IMG/VR virus record: IMGVR_UViG_3300037493_005316
DNA: 64,000 nt
Direction: 5' to 3' (one strand)
DNA from: an uncultured virus (IMG/VR IMGVR_UViG_3300037493_005316)
Taxonomy: Duplodnaviria; Heunggongvirae; Uroviricota; Caudoviricetes
In this document: positions 48,308-57,988 of the stretch, piece after piece
Position numbering within the stretch: position 1 is the stretch's first letter
Layout: each line of letters starts with the position of its first letter
Program-made: the position numbers and the translations under genes
The notes under the pieces: generated by a model
Database searches by the model: none
What the model saw: the letters and a program-made list of their open reading frames with translations, nothing else
What the model was told of the DNA's origin: nothing

Positions 48308-51300
48308 ATGTTTTCAGAGCCGTCGTCGCTTCACGAGTACGCCTTGGTCGCGCCCGGTGTTGGCAAGGACGAATGGCGTAACAACTACGTGGCGATGCTC
48401 TCTCGTCCGAACGAGTGGCAGCGCGCCATCGTGGATCGTATCGCACTGGTGAACGAACAGCCGCAGTTTCCACTTCGGCTGGTAGCGGCGGCTGGAAGCG
48501 GAAAAAGCTTTACGCTGGTCCTTTCTCTCGCGAACGTTTTTGCGAATGATCTGATTCAGCCGAACGAGGTCATCCTCACGACGTTCACGCGCAAAGCGGG
48601 CGATGAGCTAAAAGCGCGGCTCAAGGCCGTGGTGGCGCCTGCGAAGTACGCGATCCTCGAAGGTGCCGGAAAGAACGGGCTCAAGCGTATCGGCACGTTC
48701 CACTCCATCGCGATGACGTGGCTCGGGAGGTTCGACCCCCAGATGCCGTCGCACAAGTGGAAGACGAACAACCTCGACTCTCCCGCGTCGGCATTCTACG
48801 GGGATGACGAGGAAGCGCACCCTTCCGACGAGGAAGTGGCGGCGCTCAAGATCGAAGACATTCGCGCCGAGATGTTGCGGATGCTCGACGATCTCGGCGC
48901 GGCTGAAGCGTCCGAAGACGCTGAGGAGATCGAGGACCTCGCGAAGGGGCTTCTCAAGCGTCTTCCCAAGGACGGGGCGGAGAAGTTTCAGAAGGACCTT
49001 CTCTGGCTGTTTGCGATCCCTACGGGCAAGGTCAGCGAGACGACAGGGCGTTTGATCAACCGACCCCGCATCCAAGTCGATCGTGACGCGAAGGTGACGG
49101 TGTACATCCCCGCGTGGGCGGCCTGGGCCAAGGCAGAGCGCGACGTAAGGCTCTTGGCTGAGGCGCACCGTCAACTTCGAGGGCGTGTTGAAAAGGCGCT
49201 CGCGTACCTGAACCGCGTTCCTTCCGCGTCGTCGTTGTGGGGTAAGGTCCTGGGGGATTGGCAGGTTCCAGGGACCGCAGACCGTATCGGACAGCCAAAA
49301 CGGGGCCTGAATCTGGAAGAGAAGTACAAGGTTCAGATTGCGGCAGGCTTGTTGGAGCTTCCGCCCCCTCGTGACTACATGCAGCAAGTCGACATCATTC
49401 GGTCCTACGGTGGAAGCCCCTGGGATGACGTTGGGATGACGCGTGCGGCCAAGGTCGAGAGTGAGGAGGGGTACCCCGACTTCCTGGCCGCGTGGCGTTT
49501 CTTTGAGGAGGCTAAGAAGGGCCTCGAAGCGTGGGACTACGCGGACGCGCTGGAAGCGTACTGGAAGCGCGGTACGGACAAGGCGCGTCTCGTGATGGTT
49601 GACGAGGCGCAGGACAATTCGTACGTGCAGCTCATGCTCGCGAAGCAGATCGCAGATCGTGGAAACGGCCGTTTCGTCATGGTCGGTGACGCGCGCCAAG
49701 CGATTTACTCGTGGCGCGGTGCTGCGCCGGAAATCTACATCGATGCGAAAGAGTACATCGGCGACGTCGCGGATTATCAGATCCCGACCAACTACCGCTC
49801 GGGTCGTCGCATCGTCGACGTCGGCAACGAGATCAGCTTCGAGAAGTCGTGGTCCGTAGGACTCGACGCCATCGCGGCGCGCACGAACAAGGACGGGACG
49901 ACGCCGGACGGCGAGGTCGTTGTACGTCGTGGTGATCTGGAGGGCTACGACGAGGCGGTGTCGACGGCGCAGGAGATTCGAGCCCTGCTCGATCGGGGTG
50001 TTCCGGCCAAGGACATCGCCATTCTGTCACGTACGAACAAGAAGACAGGCCCCTACGAGATCGAGCTGCTTCGGCTCCAGATCCCCGTCGTCGTTCTTGG
50101 AAGCGCGACCAACTTCTTCGCCCGTAGGGCTGTGAAAGGCGTCATCGCCCTCCTCCTGCTGTCGCGCGAATTCCGCGAGCCCCCTTCCGAGGTGTTGAAT
50201 CTGATCGAGAGTGAGAAGTGGGGCCTCGCGACCGCCGCAGACGCGTTCATGGAGAATTGGAAGCTTGGGAAGCGCCGGTTCAAGATGTTGGGGTTCAAGT
50301 CGTTTGAAGCCGCCTTGAGTGAGACGGTGGCGCGCGTCGAGGCTGACCCCGCGACCCCCATCACGATGTCGGCGGTCGATATTCTCATCGCGTCGCTCAA
50401 GTTGATGCGGGACAAGGGCACGTTCTCGCGCAAGGACCGAAATCAGAACGTGTATCAGGTCCGATTCTCACAGTGGCGTGACGATTTCGACGATTGGATC
50501 TCCGATCTTGAAACGCTTCGGGGGGTTTCGTGGCCTATGACCGTCACGGTTGCGACGGAAATTCTACATCCGAAGCGGAACAAGAAGGAAGGCGACGAGG
50601 AAGAGGAGGACGAGGACGCCGCGTCCGACGACGGGGCTGCTTCCGGGGGTGACGCGTCGGACAATGCGATGGTTCGTTCGTTCGGCGAGATCGCCCCGAA
50701 GTTCGCGTCGTTCATGGAGCTGATGCTGTTCGCAGTCAAGATGCAGGAACGGGTGAAGGCGATCAGCGACATGGGCAAGCTCAAGGGCAAGAAGGCCGAA
50801 GCTGCCATGAAGGAGATGGCAAACTCGGTTACACTCTCAACTATCCATCGATCGAAGGGACTTGAATTCGGTCATGTTTTCGTCTCAGCGACGTACAAAG
50901 AGTTTCCGAGCCACCATCCCAAGGTGAATTTTGACGAAGAGGAGCGGTTGTTCTACGTGGCTTGCACACGCGCTGCGGACAAGCTCACGCTTACGTGTGC
51001 GGAGACGCAGCCCAACGGAAAGCCTGCGGGCCCCTCGGAATTCGTGGGGGACTATGTCCAGCCCTACCTCTACCAGCGGGCGCGGGGCATTCCCGCGTGG
51101 AACGACGTGAAGCGCTTGATGGAAGCGGTGACGTTCTCTGGCTGGGTCCTACAGACGGACAAGAGCGACCTTGTGGATGGCACAGGTCAAATTCAGTGGG
51201 TTCGTGCGAGTGACAAGGCGGTCGTGGATATCGTCGAGGTCATGACGCCGACACCCGCGGGCCGTCAGACGACGTTGCCGTCAACCTGGAAGGTGCTCTG

Positions 51301-52582
51301 GCAAGGCGACGTGGTGGCTCGTGACATCGCCTCACTCGAAGAGGCCATCCGTCAGGCGGGGCAAAAGATGCACTCGGAGAGGGGCGCTCCAAGCATTGTA
51401 GACGCGTTCAGCGACTTCTTGGCGTTCGTGTCCCTGCTCTCGGGAACGGCGCGCCCTGGGATGTCGTGGCCGGATTTTGCTGCCTGGATGCGGACCAACC
51501 AGGAGTGGGTTCTCCCAGAGTTCAAGGCGCTGCTCGACGGTCAGCCTCCTGGTCCCCCTCGACTTGGAATCATCCCCGAGGATTTCGGCTCTCTCGTTGA
51601 GCCCGTCAAGCCAGAAGTCTCCATCGAGATCATGGAGATCCGTCCCGGGGAATGGCGCGCATACAAGAACGGAAAGGCCGTGAAGGTCGACGGCCAACTG
51701 AAGTGGTCCTCGCGTGCCGAGGCAGAAGCGTCCGCAGCGCGACGCCTTCGTACGCCGATCAGCGCGCCGCGCACAGTGGCTTCGGAGATGGCCCGGACGG
51801 TTCAGATCACTCCCGAGACGGTGCGAACGTTCAGAGACCCCGAGATGGCGCGGACGGTTCAGATCACCCCGGAAACGATGCGAACGGTCCAGGCTCCTGA
51901 GATGGCGCGGACGGTTCAAGCGGGAGGTAGTGCCGTGTCGGAGGTCATCCCGCGCGCTCCGGTTTGGACGGCGCTTCCGCAGGCTACCTATGTCCGGCAC
52001 GGGGTCGGCGGGGGTGTTGTGGCGGAGATTGGACGCCGCTCGGACGGGCTGTCGCTGCTCACGATCTCCATGCCCCGGTCCTACGTGGGACAGGCGCCAG
52101 AGAAGTCCCTCGTGCTTTCCAAGGCCACTGTGACCTACGAGACGGAGGAGTCCGAGGGAACACGTTTCACGCTCGCACGTGTGGGTGATGACGGCTCTCT
52201 CGAAACGCTCCTGTCTTGGGTTCAGATCCCCGGAGACACGGAAGAGCGTAAGAAGGCGTACGACGCTGCTGCGCGAATCATCTCGAATCTGTGGTCAAAG
52301 GATCCCCTCGCCGTAACGCTCACGACGTTTGGCATTGATGCACAAAGTGATGCGGGACGCCTTGCTCGGCGTCTGTACGAAGGCTCTGCCGGACACCCGT
52401 TCAACGTGACGAAGCGTGGCACGGTCGAGGCCGTGGACGTCAGCGTCGTAAAGGGATCTCGGCAGAACCGGATCATCGCGCAGTGGAACGGCGATGCTCC
52501 CCCGAACGGGTGGACGGATCTGGAAGACGCGGGCGTGATCACGGTGCAGGACGGCGCGTTCTTGTTGAACACGGAAGCGTGA
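48308..52582 (+). CDS. UvrD/Rep/PcrA-family SF1 helicase with long insertions and C-terminal extension
   Basis: AAAGSGKS; TFTRKA; GTFHS; DEAQD; VGDARQAIYSWRGA; NYRS; STIHRSKGLEF; EEERLFYVACTRA; promoter TTGAAC-17-TAGACT at 48232-48260. Confidence 0.92.
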   Translation: MFSEPSSLHEYALVAPGVGKDEWRNNYVAMLSRPNEWQRAIVDRIALVNEQPQFPLRLVAAAGSGKSFTLVLSLANVFANDLIQPNEVILTTFTRKAGDELKARLKAVVAPAKYAILEGAGKNGLKRIGTFHSIAMTWLGRFDPQMPSHKWKTNNLDSPASAFYGDDEEAHPSDEEVAALKIEDIRAEMLRMLDDLGAAEASEDAEEIEDLAKGLLKRLPKDGAEKFQKDLLWLFAIPTGKVSETTGRLINRPRIQVDRDAKVTVYIPAWAAWAKAERDVRLLAEAHRQLRGRVEKALAYLNRVPSASSLWGKVLGDWQVPGTADRIGQPKRGLNLEEKYKVQIAAGLLELPPPRDYMQQVDIIRSYGGSPWDDVGMTRAAKVESEEGYPDFLAAWRFFEEAKKGLEAWDYADALEAYWKRGTDKARLVMVDEAQDNSYVQLMLAKQIADRGNGRFVMVGDARQAIYSWRGAAPEIYIDAKEYIGDVADYQIPTNYRSGRRIVDVGNEISFEKSWSVGLDAIAARTNKDGTTPDGEVVVRRGDLEGYDEAVSTAQEIRALLDRGVPAKDIAILSRTNKKTGPYEIELLRLQIPVVVLGSATNFFARRAVKGVIALLLLSREFREPPSEVLNLIESEKWGLATAADAFMENWKLGKRRFKMLGFKSFEAALSETVARVEADPATPITMSAVDILIASLKLMRDKGTFSRKDRNQNVYQVRFSQWRDDFDDWISDLETLRGVSWPMTVTVATEILHPKRNKKEGDEEEEDEDAASDDGAASGGDASDNAMVRSFGEIAPKFASFMELMLFAVKMQERVKAISDMGKLKGKKAEAAMKEMANSVTLSTIHRSKGLEFGHVFVSATYKEFPSHHPKVNFDEEERLFYVACTRAADKLTLTCAETQPNGKPAGPSEFVGDYVQPYLYQRARGIPAWNDVKRLMEAVTFSGWVLQTDKSDLVDGTGQIQWVRASDKAVVDIVEVMTPTPAGRQTTLPSTWKVLWQGDVVARDIASLEEAIRQAGQKMHSERGAPSIVDAFSDFLAFVSLLSGTARPGMSWPDFAAWMRTNQEWVLPEFKALLDGQPPGPPRLGIIPEDFGSLVEPVKPEVSIEIMEIRPGEWRAYKNGKAVKVDGQLKWSSRAEAEASAARRLRTPISAPRTVASEMARTVQITPETVRTFRDPEMARTVQITPETMRTVQAPEMARTVQAGGSAVSEVIPRAPVWTALPQATYVRHGVGGGVVAEIGRRSDGLSLLTISMPRSYVGQAPEKSLVLSKATVTYETEESEGTRFTLARVGDDGSLETLLSWVQIPGDTEERKKAYDAAARIISNLWSKDPLAVTLTTFGIDAQSDAGRLARRLYEGSAGHPFNVTKRGTVEAVDVSVVKGSRQNRIIAQWNGDAPPNGWTDLEDAGVITVQDGAFLLNTEA
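51785..51919 (+). repeat. 57-bp tandem repeat (~2.4 copies) encoding EMARTVQITPET..
   Basis: units start at 51785, 51842 and 51899. Confidence 0.8.
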
Positions 52583-52770
52583 GCGCTGTGACAACGGCGT
52601 TCGGTTGGTACGCGTTCATGGTCACGTGCGTTTTCGGTCTTGTGTTCAACGGGCACGCAACACGCGTCGACGCGGTGTTGTCCACGCTCATCGCTCTCGC
52701 ATGGATGCGAAACCTAGAGCTTGAGATCGATCGCAGCGCCGCGAAGGTCTGATTTTTTTTCTGACTCGGA

Positions 52771-53217
52771 TTGCGTGAGACACGAGACGAGGTACCCGAA
52801 GAGGGTAAACACTACGAGGTGTACATGGGCACGTTCGATGATGATGACGACGATGACGACACCACTGGACGCGGCGAGGATGGGGACGAGAGCGAGTCCG
52901 CGCTGCTGTTGGTAGGGTTCGGTTTTGATCGACGTACGGCCATGCTCGCGGGGGCAGGAGAGCTTCTCGCACGCGCGATTGAAGAACTCGACACGTTCAG
53001 TGTCGAGGAGATGCACGGCATCGGACTTCCGAGCGAGTCCGTGTCGTCGTTCGGATGCGGCCTCTATGTGTGGGACGGTATCGTCTCTTACGAGGAGGAC
53101 TCCGAGGAGTACGAGTTCGACGGGGAGTGGCGTCGAGCGTCCGCAGAAGAAGCGGCGTTGGCGGCCAACGCCAAAGACCCTTGGCCTACGTCGGACCTCC
53201 GCACTTTCTATCTATGA
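52771..53217 (+). CDS. acidic hypothetical protein
   Basis: Asp/Glu-rich; GLYVWDG..EFDGEWRRAS; start uncertain. Confidence 0.55.
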   Translation: MRETRDEVPEEGKHYEVYMGTFDDDDDDDDTTGRGEDGDESESALLLVGFGFDRRTAMLAGAGELLARAIEELDTFSVEEMHGIGLPSESVSSFGCGLYVWDGIVSYEEDSEEYEFDGEWRRASAEEAALAANAKDPWPTSDLRTFYL

Positions 53218-53275
53218 CATCAGGCGGGAGCTTTGTCACCTGTCATAAAACCCTGTTTCCAACGCCCTGACAGAG

Positions 53276-53319
53276 TTGACGCTTCTCGGAACCGCCGATA
53301 GACTTGACGGCATAGTCAA
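53276..53319 (+). promoter_or_regulatory. promoter with overlapping palindromic operator
   Basis: TTGACG(53276)-17-TAGACT(53299); TTGAC-GGCATA-GTCAA at 53304-53319. Confidence 0.55.
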
Positions 53320-53330
53320 CGTGTGGGTCG

Positions 53331-53966
53331 ATGAACACTGAGACAGCGGCACAAGCACTGGAAACTGAGACTCCTACTGTGGCGGTGACAGGCTCAAGCC
53401 CTGGCTCCGGCCCAATCGCAACGAAACTCTCTGCGGAGAGACGTCTTACGTTTGGCGCACTTCTTCGCGGGATGCGAGAAGACGGAGGCTTCACCCAGAA
53501 GGGGTTAATTTCCGCCGCGATCGGCGGGGTGGGCGCAGCACGTCTTTCGGGGCTTGTTGTGACGGCTCTCTCCCACTGGGAAGACGATCGACGAGTTCCT
53601 CTTCCTCCGCAACTCGCCGCAGTCATTCGCGCGCTCCGTGAGCAGAGTAAAGAGCCCGAAACCTTCGACGGGGATCTGCTCACGCTGATCACGCTCGCCA
53701 GAAATCAGGATCATCGGTACGCGGGGCTCGTGTCGATGTGGGACACCGGAAATCTTCCTGCGGCAGATCGCCTCCGCTCTTGGAGTGCGTGGGCTGCGAC
53801 GTTCCCTCTTCGCCCCCCTCGGGGGCGGGCATGGGAGAGGGACGGCGGTGACTCCGATGGGGAGGACGAGAGCTTGGTCGCTCCTTCGGGGGAGGCTCTC
53901 GCCGCAGAGCTGGGCGTCGACTTGGGGACGTCCGACGACGTAAACACTCTTGGACGGGCGAGGTAG
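53331..53966 (+). CDS. XRE/Cro-like HTH regulator
   Basis: FGALLRGMRE..FTQKGL..ALSHWEDDRRVP. Confidence 0.6.
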   Translation: MNTETAAQALETETPTVAVTGSSPGSGPIATKLSAERRLTFGALLRGMREDGGFTQKGLISAAIGGVGAARLSGLVVTALSHWEDDRRVPLPPQLAAVIRALREQSKEPETFDGDLLTLITLARNQDHRYAGLVSMWDTGNLPAADRLRSWSAWAATFPLRPPRGRAWERDGGDSDGEDESLVAPSGEALAAELGVDLGTSDDVNTLGRAR

Positions 53967-54057
53967 CTCATTTTCGGGGTAGCACCTACCTCGTAGATGA
54001 GTCCTCTGGCCTTTTGTACCAGACTCGGATACGTTCCACTATCATGGAGACCACACC

Positions 54058-54729
54058 ATGTCGGCAGATTCCCTACCGCCAGAAAAGACAGGTACAACAA
54101 GTATGAATCTTCAAGCAGCGACAGCGCCCGTCGAGGCCCCGCCCTCAGGGCCGCCTCCCGAAACCCCCGCCGCCCCTGGTCAAGCCGTGGAGGCTGTTTC
54201 TGCTAAGAGGCGAGCTACCAAACGACTGGTACGAAAAAAGCCCGAGATTCCGAGTCCGACAACGTCCGTGATCGTCGAGACGCTCATCGAGGTTCTGAGT
54301 CCTGTCGCAAGTCCCCCTCTTCCACCGAAGGCGAAGAAGCCGAGAAAGCCTCGAACGGCTCAGGCTGTGGCCGCTGTGGCTACTCGGCATCGGGCGAAAC
54401 AGGGTGACGCTACTCGGAGCCAGATCAGCAAGGTGTGGCTCTCGGAACACGAGGTTGATCGCATCGACAAAGTTCGGGATGAAAAGTCACGAGGCAACTG
54501 GATACGGAAAACGATCCTCAGGGTCGCGGGGGAAGAGAATCTTCCGGTCGTGGATTCCGCCCTTCAGGACGACTCGTTTCAGCCCCGCACAATCGTCGTA
54601 AACTTCCGTCTTACCGAGGACGAGTTGAAGCTCGTAGATCGCGCTCGGGGGCGTCAAGCGCGTTGTACGTGGATGCGCGAGGCGGTTCTGCGCGTGGCGT
54701 ACCCTGAGTCTGAGAAGCGAGCCGCGTAA
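54058..54729 (+). CDS. protein with two tandem ribbon-helix-helix-like repeats (alternative start 54103)
   Basis: KVWLSEHEVDRID..SRGNWIRKTIL and NFRLTEDELKLVD..ARCTWMREAVL. Confidence 0.55.
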   Translation: MSADSLPPEKTGTTSMNLQAATAPVEAPPSGPPPETPAAPGQAVEAVSAKRRATKRLVRKKPEIPSPTTSVIVETLIEVLSPVASPPLPPKAKKPRKPRTAQAVAAVATRHRAKQGDATRSQISKVWLSEHEVDRIDKVRDEKSRGNWIRKTILRVAGEENLPVVDSALQDDSFQPRTIVVNFRLTEDELKLVDRARGRQARCTWMREAVLRVAYPESEKRAA

Positions 54730-54736
54730 CCGACAT

Positions 54737-56293
54737 CTACGCGTTCAGCGCGATGTCGATGTCGCGGAGCGTGGCCCGGGCATCGGTACCGTCGTCTGCG
54801 GAGAGGATCGCGTTGATATCTGCGATCTCGGAAAGGGACTCCGAGGAGAGAAGGGGTGGTAACGCCTGCCGAATCAGCCCGGAACAGCGCTCCAGCGAGC
54901 CCTTGCTGAACTTCGAGTGGGACGAGAGCACGAGAGGGAGAGCTTCACGATCCCATTTCCGCAGGCACGTGGCACACTCCCACTGTCGGGCCCACGTCGA
55001 GTGCTTGCTCCTTTGCGCGCCATGTGCCGCATCGTCACCGAGGGCTGCCCTGAGCTTTCCCGCACGCATGAACTCGATGCCCCGTTTCACGCGCCGCGAG
55101 ATGTCTTCGGCAGGACAGTTGAAGAGGTTCTGGATGGAGGCGTACAGGTCCGCGCGAAAGGAGCCGTCGGCCTTCCAGTAGAAGTAATCGAGGAAGTCGA
55201 AGGGGTTGAAGGCCGCGGCCAGAATCCTGTCCTGGTCTGCAATGGGAACGCCGTAGCGCGTGGCTCGGGATCGGAGTTCCGTGCGGTCCGAGGGGACGAG
55301 TTCGCGCAGAAGGACTCCCCGGAGGGTGGGGATCTTGTCCTTGTCCTCGTAGACGCAGGGCTTGTTGGCTTCAGCCGCTGCCTTGGCTGCTTCGGCTGCG
55401 GCCTTCTTCCGGGCCCGCTTCCCGCCAGGGACGCCCGTCGTGCAATCAACGGGGGGAGCCACCGTCCCGCTCGTGCTGGACGTCGGCGGAGAGGGGGGCG
55501 TCGAAGATCCCGCGGAAGGCGTAGTCGTCGTCGTCGTCGTCGTACTGCTGTACGAGTGCTGGTATCCCTTGCCTTTAGGAGCGCAGGTGAAGAACTTCTC
55601 GGCTCGCAGAAAGAGCTTGCCGTTCTCCACGAAGTACAGCGGACCCTCTTCGATCTTCCAGACTTTGACGTCCTTCGCGGAGTACCCCGCCTGAACGACA
55701 CCGGTTTGGATCGGGGCACCCTCTGACGACCAGATCATTCCGAGGGGCGTCGAGTAGGCCGAGAGCACGCCGCCGTTCCAGCGTCCCATGTAGACGCGCT
55801 GTGACCAGCTTCGGCGGATAAACACGCACGCGCCGATGGCCCCGATTTCTGACAACTCACGCCCCTCTGCGATGTGCGCGATGAGGTGCATCGAGTCAAC
55901 GTCGAACTTGCGTTCGTACTTCTTGCCGAGGTCGAAGTGGTTCGACAGGGAGCCGTTGTGCATCCCGACGACGCCGCCGATCTGAAACGGGTGTGTGTTC
56001 TCGGGGGTGATGGTACCCATGGTCGCCTGCCGCGTGTGTCCCGCGATCATCATCACTTCGGGACCGCACCATTCGTGGACCGGCGCGTAGATCGCAGAGC
56101 CGACTCGACGATCGATCTGGAAGGAGGGACGACCCGAGGGCTCAGTCGGGGTCTTCCGCAGCGCAACACCCCAGGACTGGTCGCCGCGATCGATGCTTCC
56201 GCGAACCAGAGCGGACAAGATCAATGCCCGCTGTGCGATCTCGCGCGCGTCGGGGTTGTGGTTCGTCCACTGGGCTCCAAAGATTCCACACAT
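54737..56293 (-). CDS. class II (Ntn) glutamine amidotransferase domain protein
   Basis: N-terminal MCGIFG; RGDQSWG; GHTRQATMG; HPF; HNG; VDS. Confidence 0.88.
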   Translation of the reverse strand: MCGIFGAQWTNHNPDAREIAQRALILSALVRGSIDRGDQSWGVALRKTPTEPSGRPSFQIDRRVGSAIYAPVHEWCGPEVMMIAGHTRQATMGTITPENTHPFQIGGVVGMHNGSLSNHFDLGKKYERKFDVDSMHLIAHIAEGRELSEIGAIGACVFIRRSWSQRVYMGRWNGGVLSAYSTPLGMIWSSEGAPIQTGVVQAGYSAKDVKVWKIEEGPLYFVENGKLFLRAEKFFTCAPKGKGYQHSYSSTTTTTTTTPSAGSSTPPSPPTSSTSGTVAPPVDCTTGVPGGKRARKKAAAEAAKAAAEANKPCVYEDKDKIPTLRGVLLRELVPSDRTELRSRATRYGVPIADQDRILAAAFNPFDFLDYFYWKADGSFRADLYASIQNLFNCPAEDISRRVKRGIEFMRAGKLRAALGDDAAHGAQRSKHSTWARQWECATCLRKWDREALPLVLSSHSKFSKGSLERCSGLIRQALPPLLSSESLSEIADINAILSADDGTDARATLRDIDIALNA

Positions 56294-56347
56294 AACAGGT
56301 CGCTCCTGAGGGGGTTTAGACGGAAGGAGGTAGAGAATACCGCCGTG

Positions 56348-57988
56348 TTACCGGTTGGGTGCGCGACGGCGCGCGGGGGTGATGGGGAGGGTTTCGTCGT
56401 CGTGAGCATGCGCGCCAACAGCAGCGCGCTTCTCGAACAGGTCGCGGCGGGCAACGAGCCAGGACCGGATTTCGTCGTTCGGGGCGATGTCGTCCAGAAG
56501 GATCTGCCACGAGGTACGGCTCTGATCCTCTACGATTCGGGCCACCTCCTCGTCCGTAATCGTGCGGCACTTCTCGATGAAGTGCCCCCAAAGGAGCGCC
56601 CAGTTGGTGATCTTCGTGAAGTTCGTCGTGCCCGAGTGGCAGCGGAATTCGATCGTCCCGTGGGAGAACCACGACAGGAGGTTCAGCGCGTAGTACCGCC
56701 AGTTTCGGTCTACGTTACCGTTAAGGAACACTCCCGGCGTGGTCGGTCGGGTTGGACGCAGATGATGCTCGACCAATTCCCGATTTGCGACGGGAGCGAA
56801 CCGAGGCTGCGAACGTTCGCGGGACCGTTCGCCGTTGAGGATCTCGAATCGACGGTCTCGCGGGAGACGTGAAGTGCGACACGTCTGGCAGTTGCAGTCC
56901 GTATCTTTGACCACGGGGATCTCGCCCTCGGTGGGGTGCAGGAGCACGAACCTCGCGACGAGCTGGTCATCGCTCTGACGACGACCCGAAGCGTTAGGGG
57001 CGAGCCCCTGAATCAGACCGACGACGCGGTCTTTGAGTTGCAGGTGCGGGATCGATTCGGAGGCGTCGGGGAACCAAGCCCGAATTCGGCGATCCCGTCC
57101 CAGGGCGAACCGCGACTGCCGACGCACAGGGGGAACCGAAAGGAACATCGCGCTCTCGATCCGGCTCCACACGAGCAGCATCCGGCGCAGGTTCTCCCAG
57201 GTGTAGTCCCGAGCGTCTACGTGTACGTGAAGTCCACAGGTGGCGTCGACCTGCGCGCCACATGCACTGAGTCCCGAGGAAAGCTCTCGGATCTGCGTGA
57301 TGAATTCGTCACCGTTCGACGGCTGGGTCGTGATCTCACAGCCCGAGTAGACCGACCCGTCTTCCTTCGCGGTCATGCCGTACTTGCGAAGTACGGGCAA
57401 GACGTGCTCGTCGGCGTTTCCCTTGTCCCGGCCGATCTCCAGCTCGACGGACAGGAACCGGCGAAGGGGATTCGCCGTGAACGAGCGGGCGCGCATGAAC
57501 GCCACGGGGCGGGAGTCGTGCGGGCCGAGGTCGTCCGTGAACGACAGGGATGTCGTTTCCCCCGGGCGAGGGCACTGGCAGCAAACCTGAGGGGCCGCAG
57601 GGCCTCCGTTTTCCGCAACCACCGTCGTCGTGCAGTAGCCGCAGAGGGCGCAGCGGACACGGCGGTCCCCGGAATACTGTCGGGCGCAGGAAGAACATCG
57701 GACGCAGGAGCAGTGATCCCCGCATCGTCCGCAGTCGTGAAGTCGGGCAGGACGGCGCATCCCGTGCGGATTGTGAGAGTCGTTTCCGGGGCACATCGTG
57801 CAGAGGCAGCACCCGCTGAAGCAGCGCGTACACACCGAACACCGGCTGTTGTTGTGTTCCCCGCACCGCCCGCACGCGCCCCACAGGGAGTCAGGGTCAA
57901 CCTGGGTACTGACGTGTGCGAGCCCAATCTCCTCGGAGTTCCAGCGCCACGTCGGGAGCGTCGAAGGATTCGGCGGTACCGGAGGCAT
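56348..57988 (-). CDS. amidoligase (COOH-NH2 ligase, Amidoligase_2-like) with Cys-rich N-terminus
   Basis: FLSVELE; KEDGSV; CEITTQP; CGLHVHVDAR; YYALNL; GTIEFR; many CxxC. Confidence 0.85.
   Translation of the reverse strand: MPPVPPNPSTLPTWRWNSEEIGLAHVSTQVDPDSLWGACGRCGEHNNSRCSVCTRCFSGCCLCTMCPGNDSHNPHGMRRPARLHDCGRCGDHCSCVRCSSCARQYSGDRRVRCALCGYCTTTVVAENGGPAAPQVCCQCPRPGETTSLSFTDDLGPHDSRPVAFMRARSFTANPLRRFLSVELEIGRDKGNADEHVLPVLRKYGMTAKEDGSVYSGCEITTQPSNGDEFITQIRELSSGLSACGAQVDATCGLHVHVDARDYTWENLRRMLLVWSRIESAMFLSVPPVRRQSRFALGRDRRIRAWFPDASESIPHLQLKDRVVGLIQGLAPNASGRRQSDDQLVARFVLLHPTEGEIPVVKDTDCNCQTCRTSRLPRDRRFEILNGERSRERSQPRFAPVANRELVEHHLRPTRPTTPGVFLNGNVDRNWRYYALNLLSWFSHGTIEFRCHSGTTNFTKITNWALLWGHFIEKCRTITDEEVARIVEDQSRTSWQILLDDIAPNDEIRSWLVARRDLFEKRAAVGAHAHDDETLPITPARRRAPNR

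Noticed and set aside
51785..51919. Regularly spaced repeats as a CRISPR mini-array
   Set aside because: In-frame coding tandem repeat with synonymous changes and related intervening sequence; no cas genes
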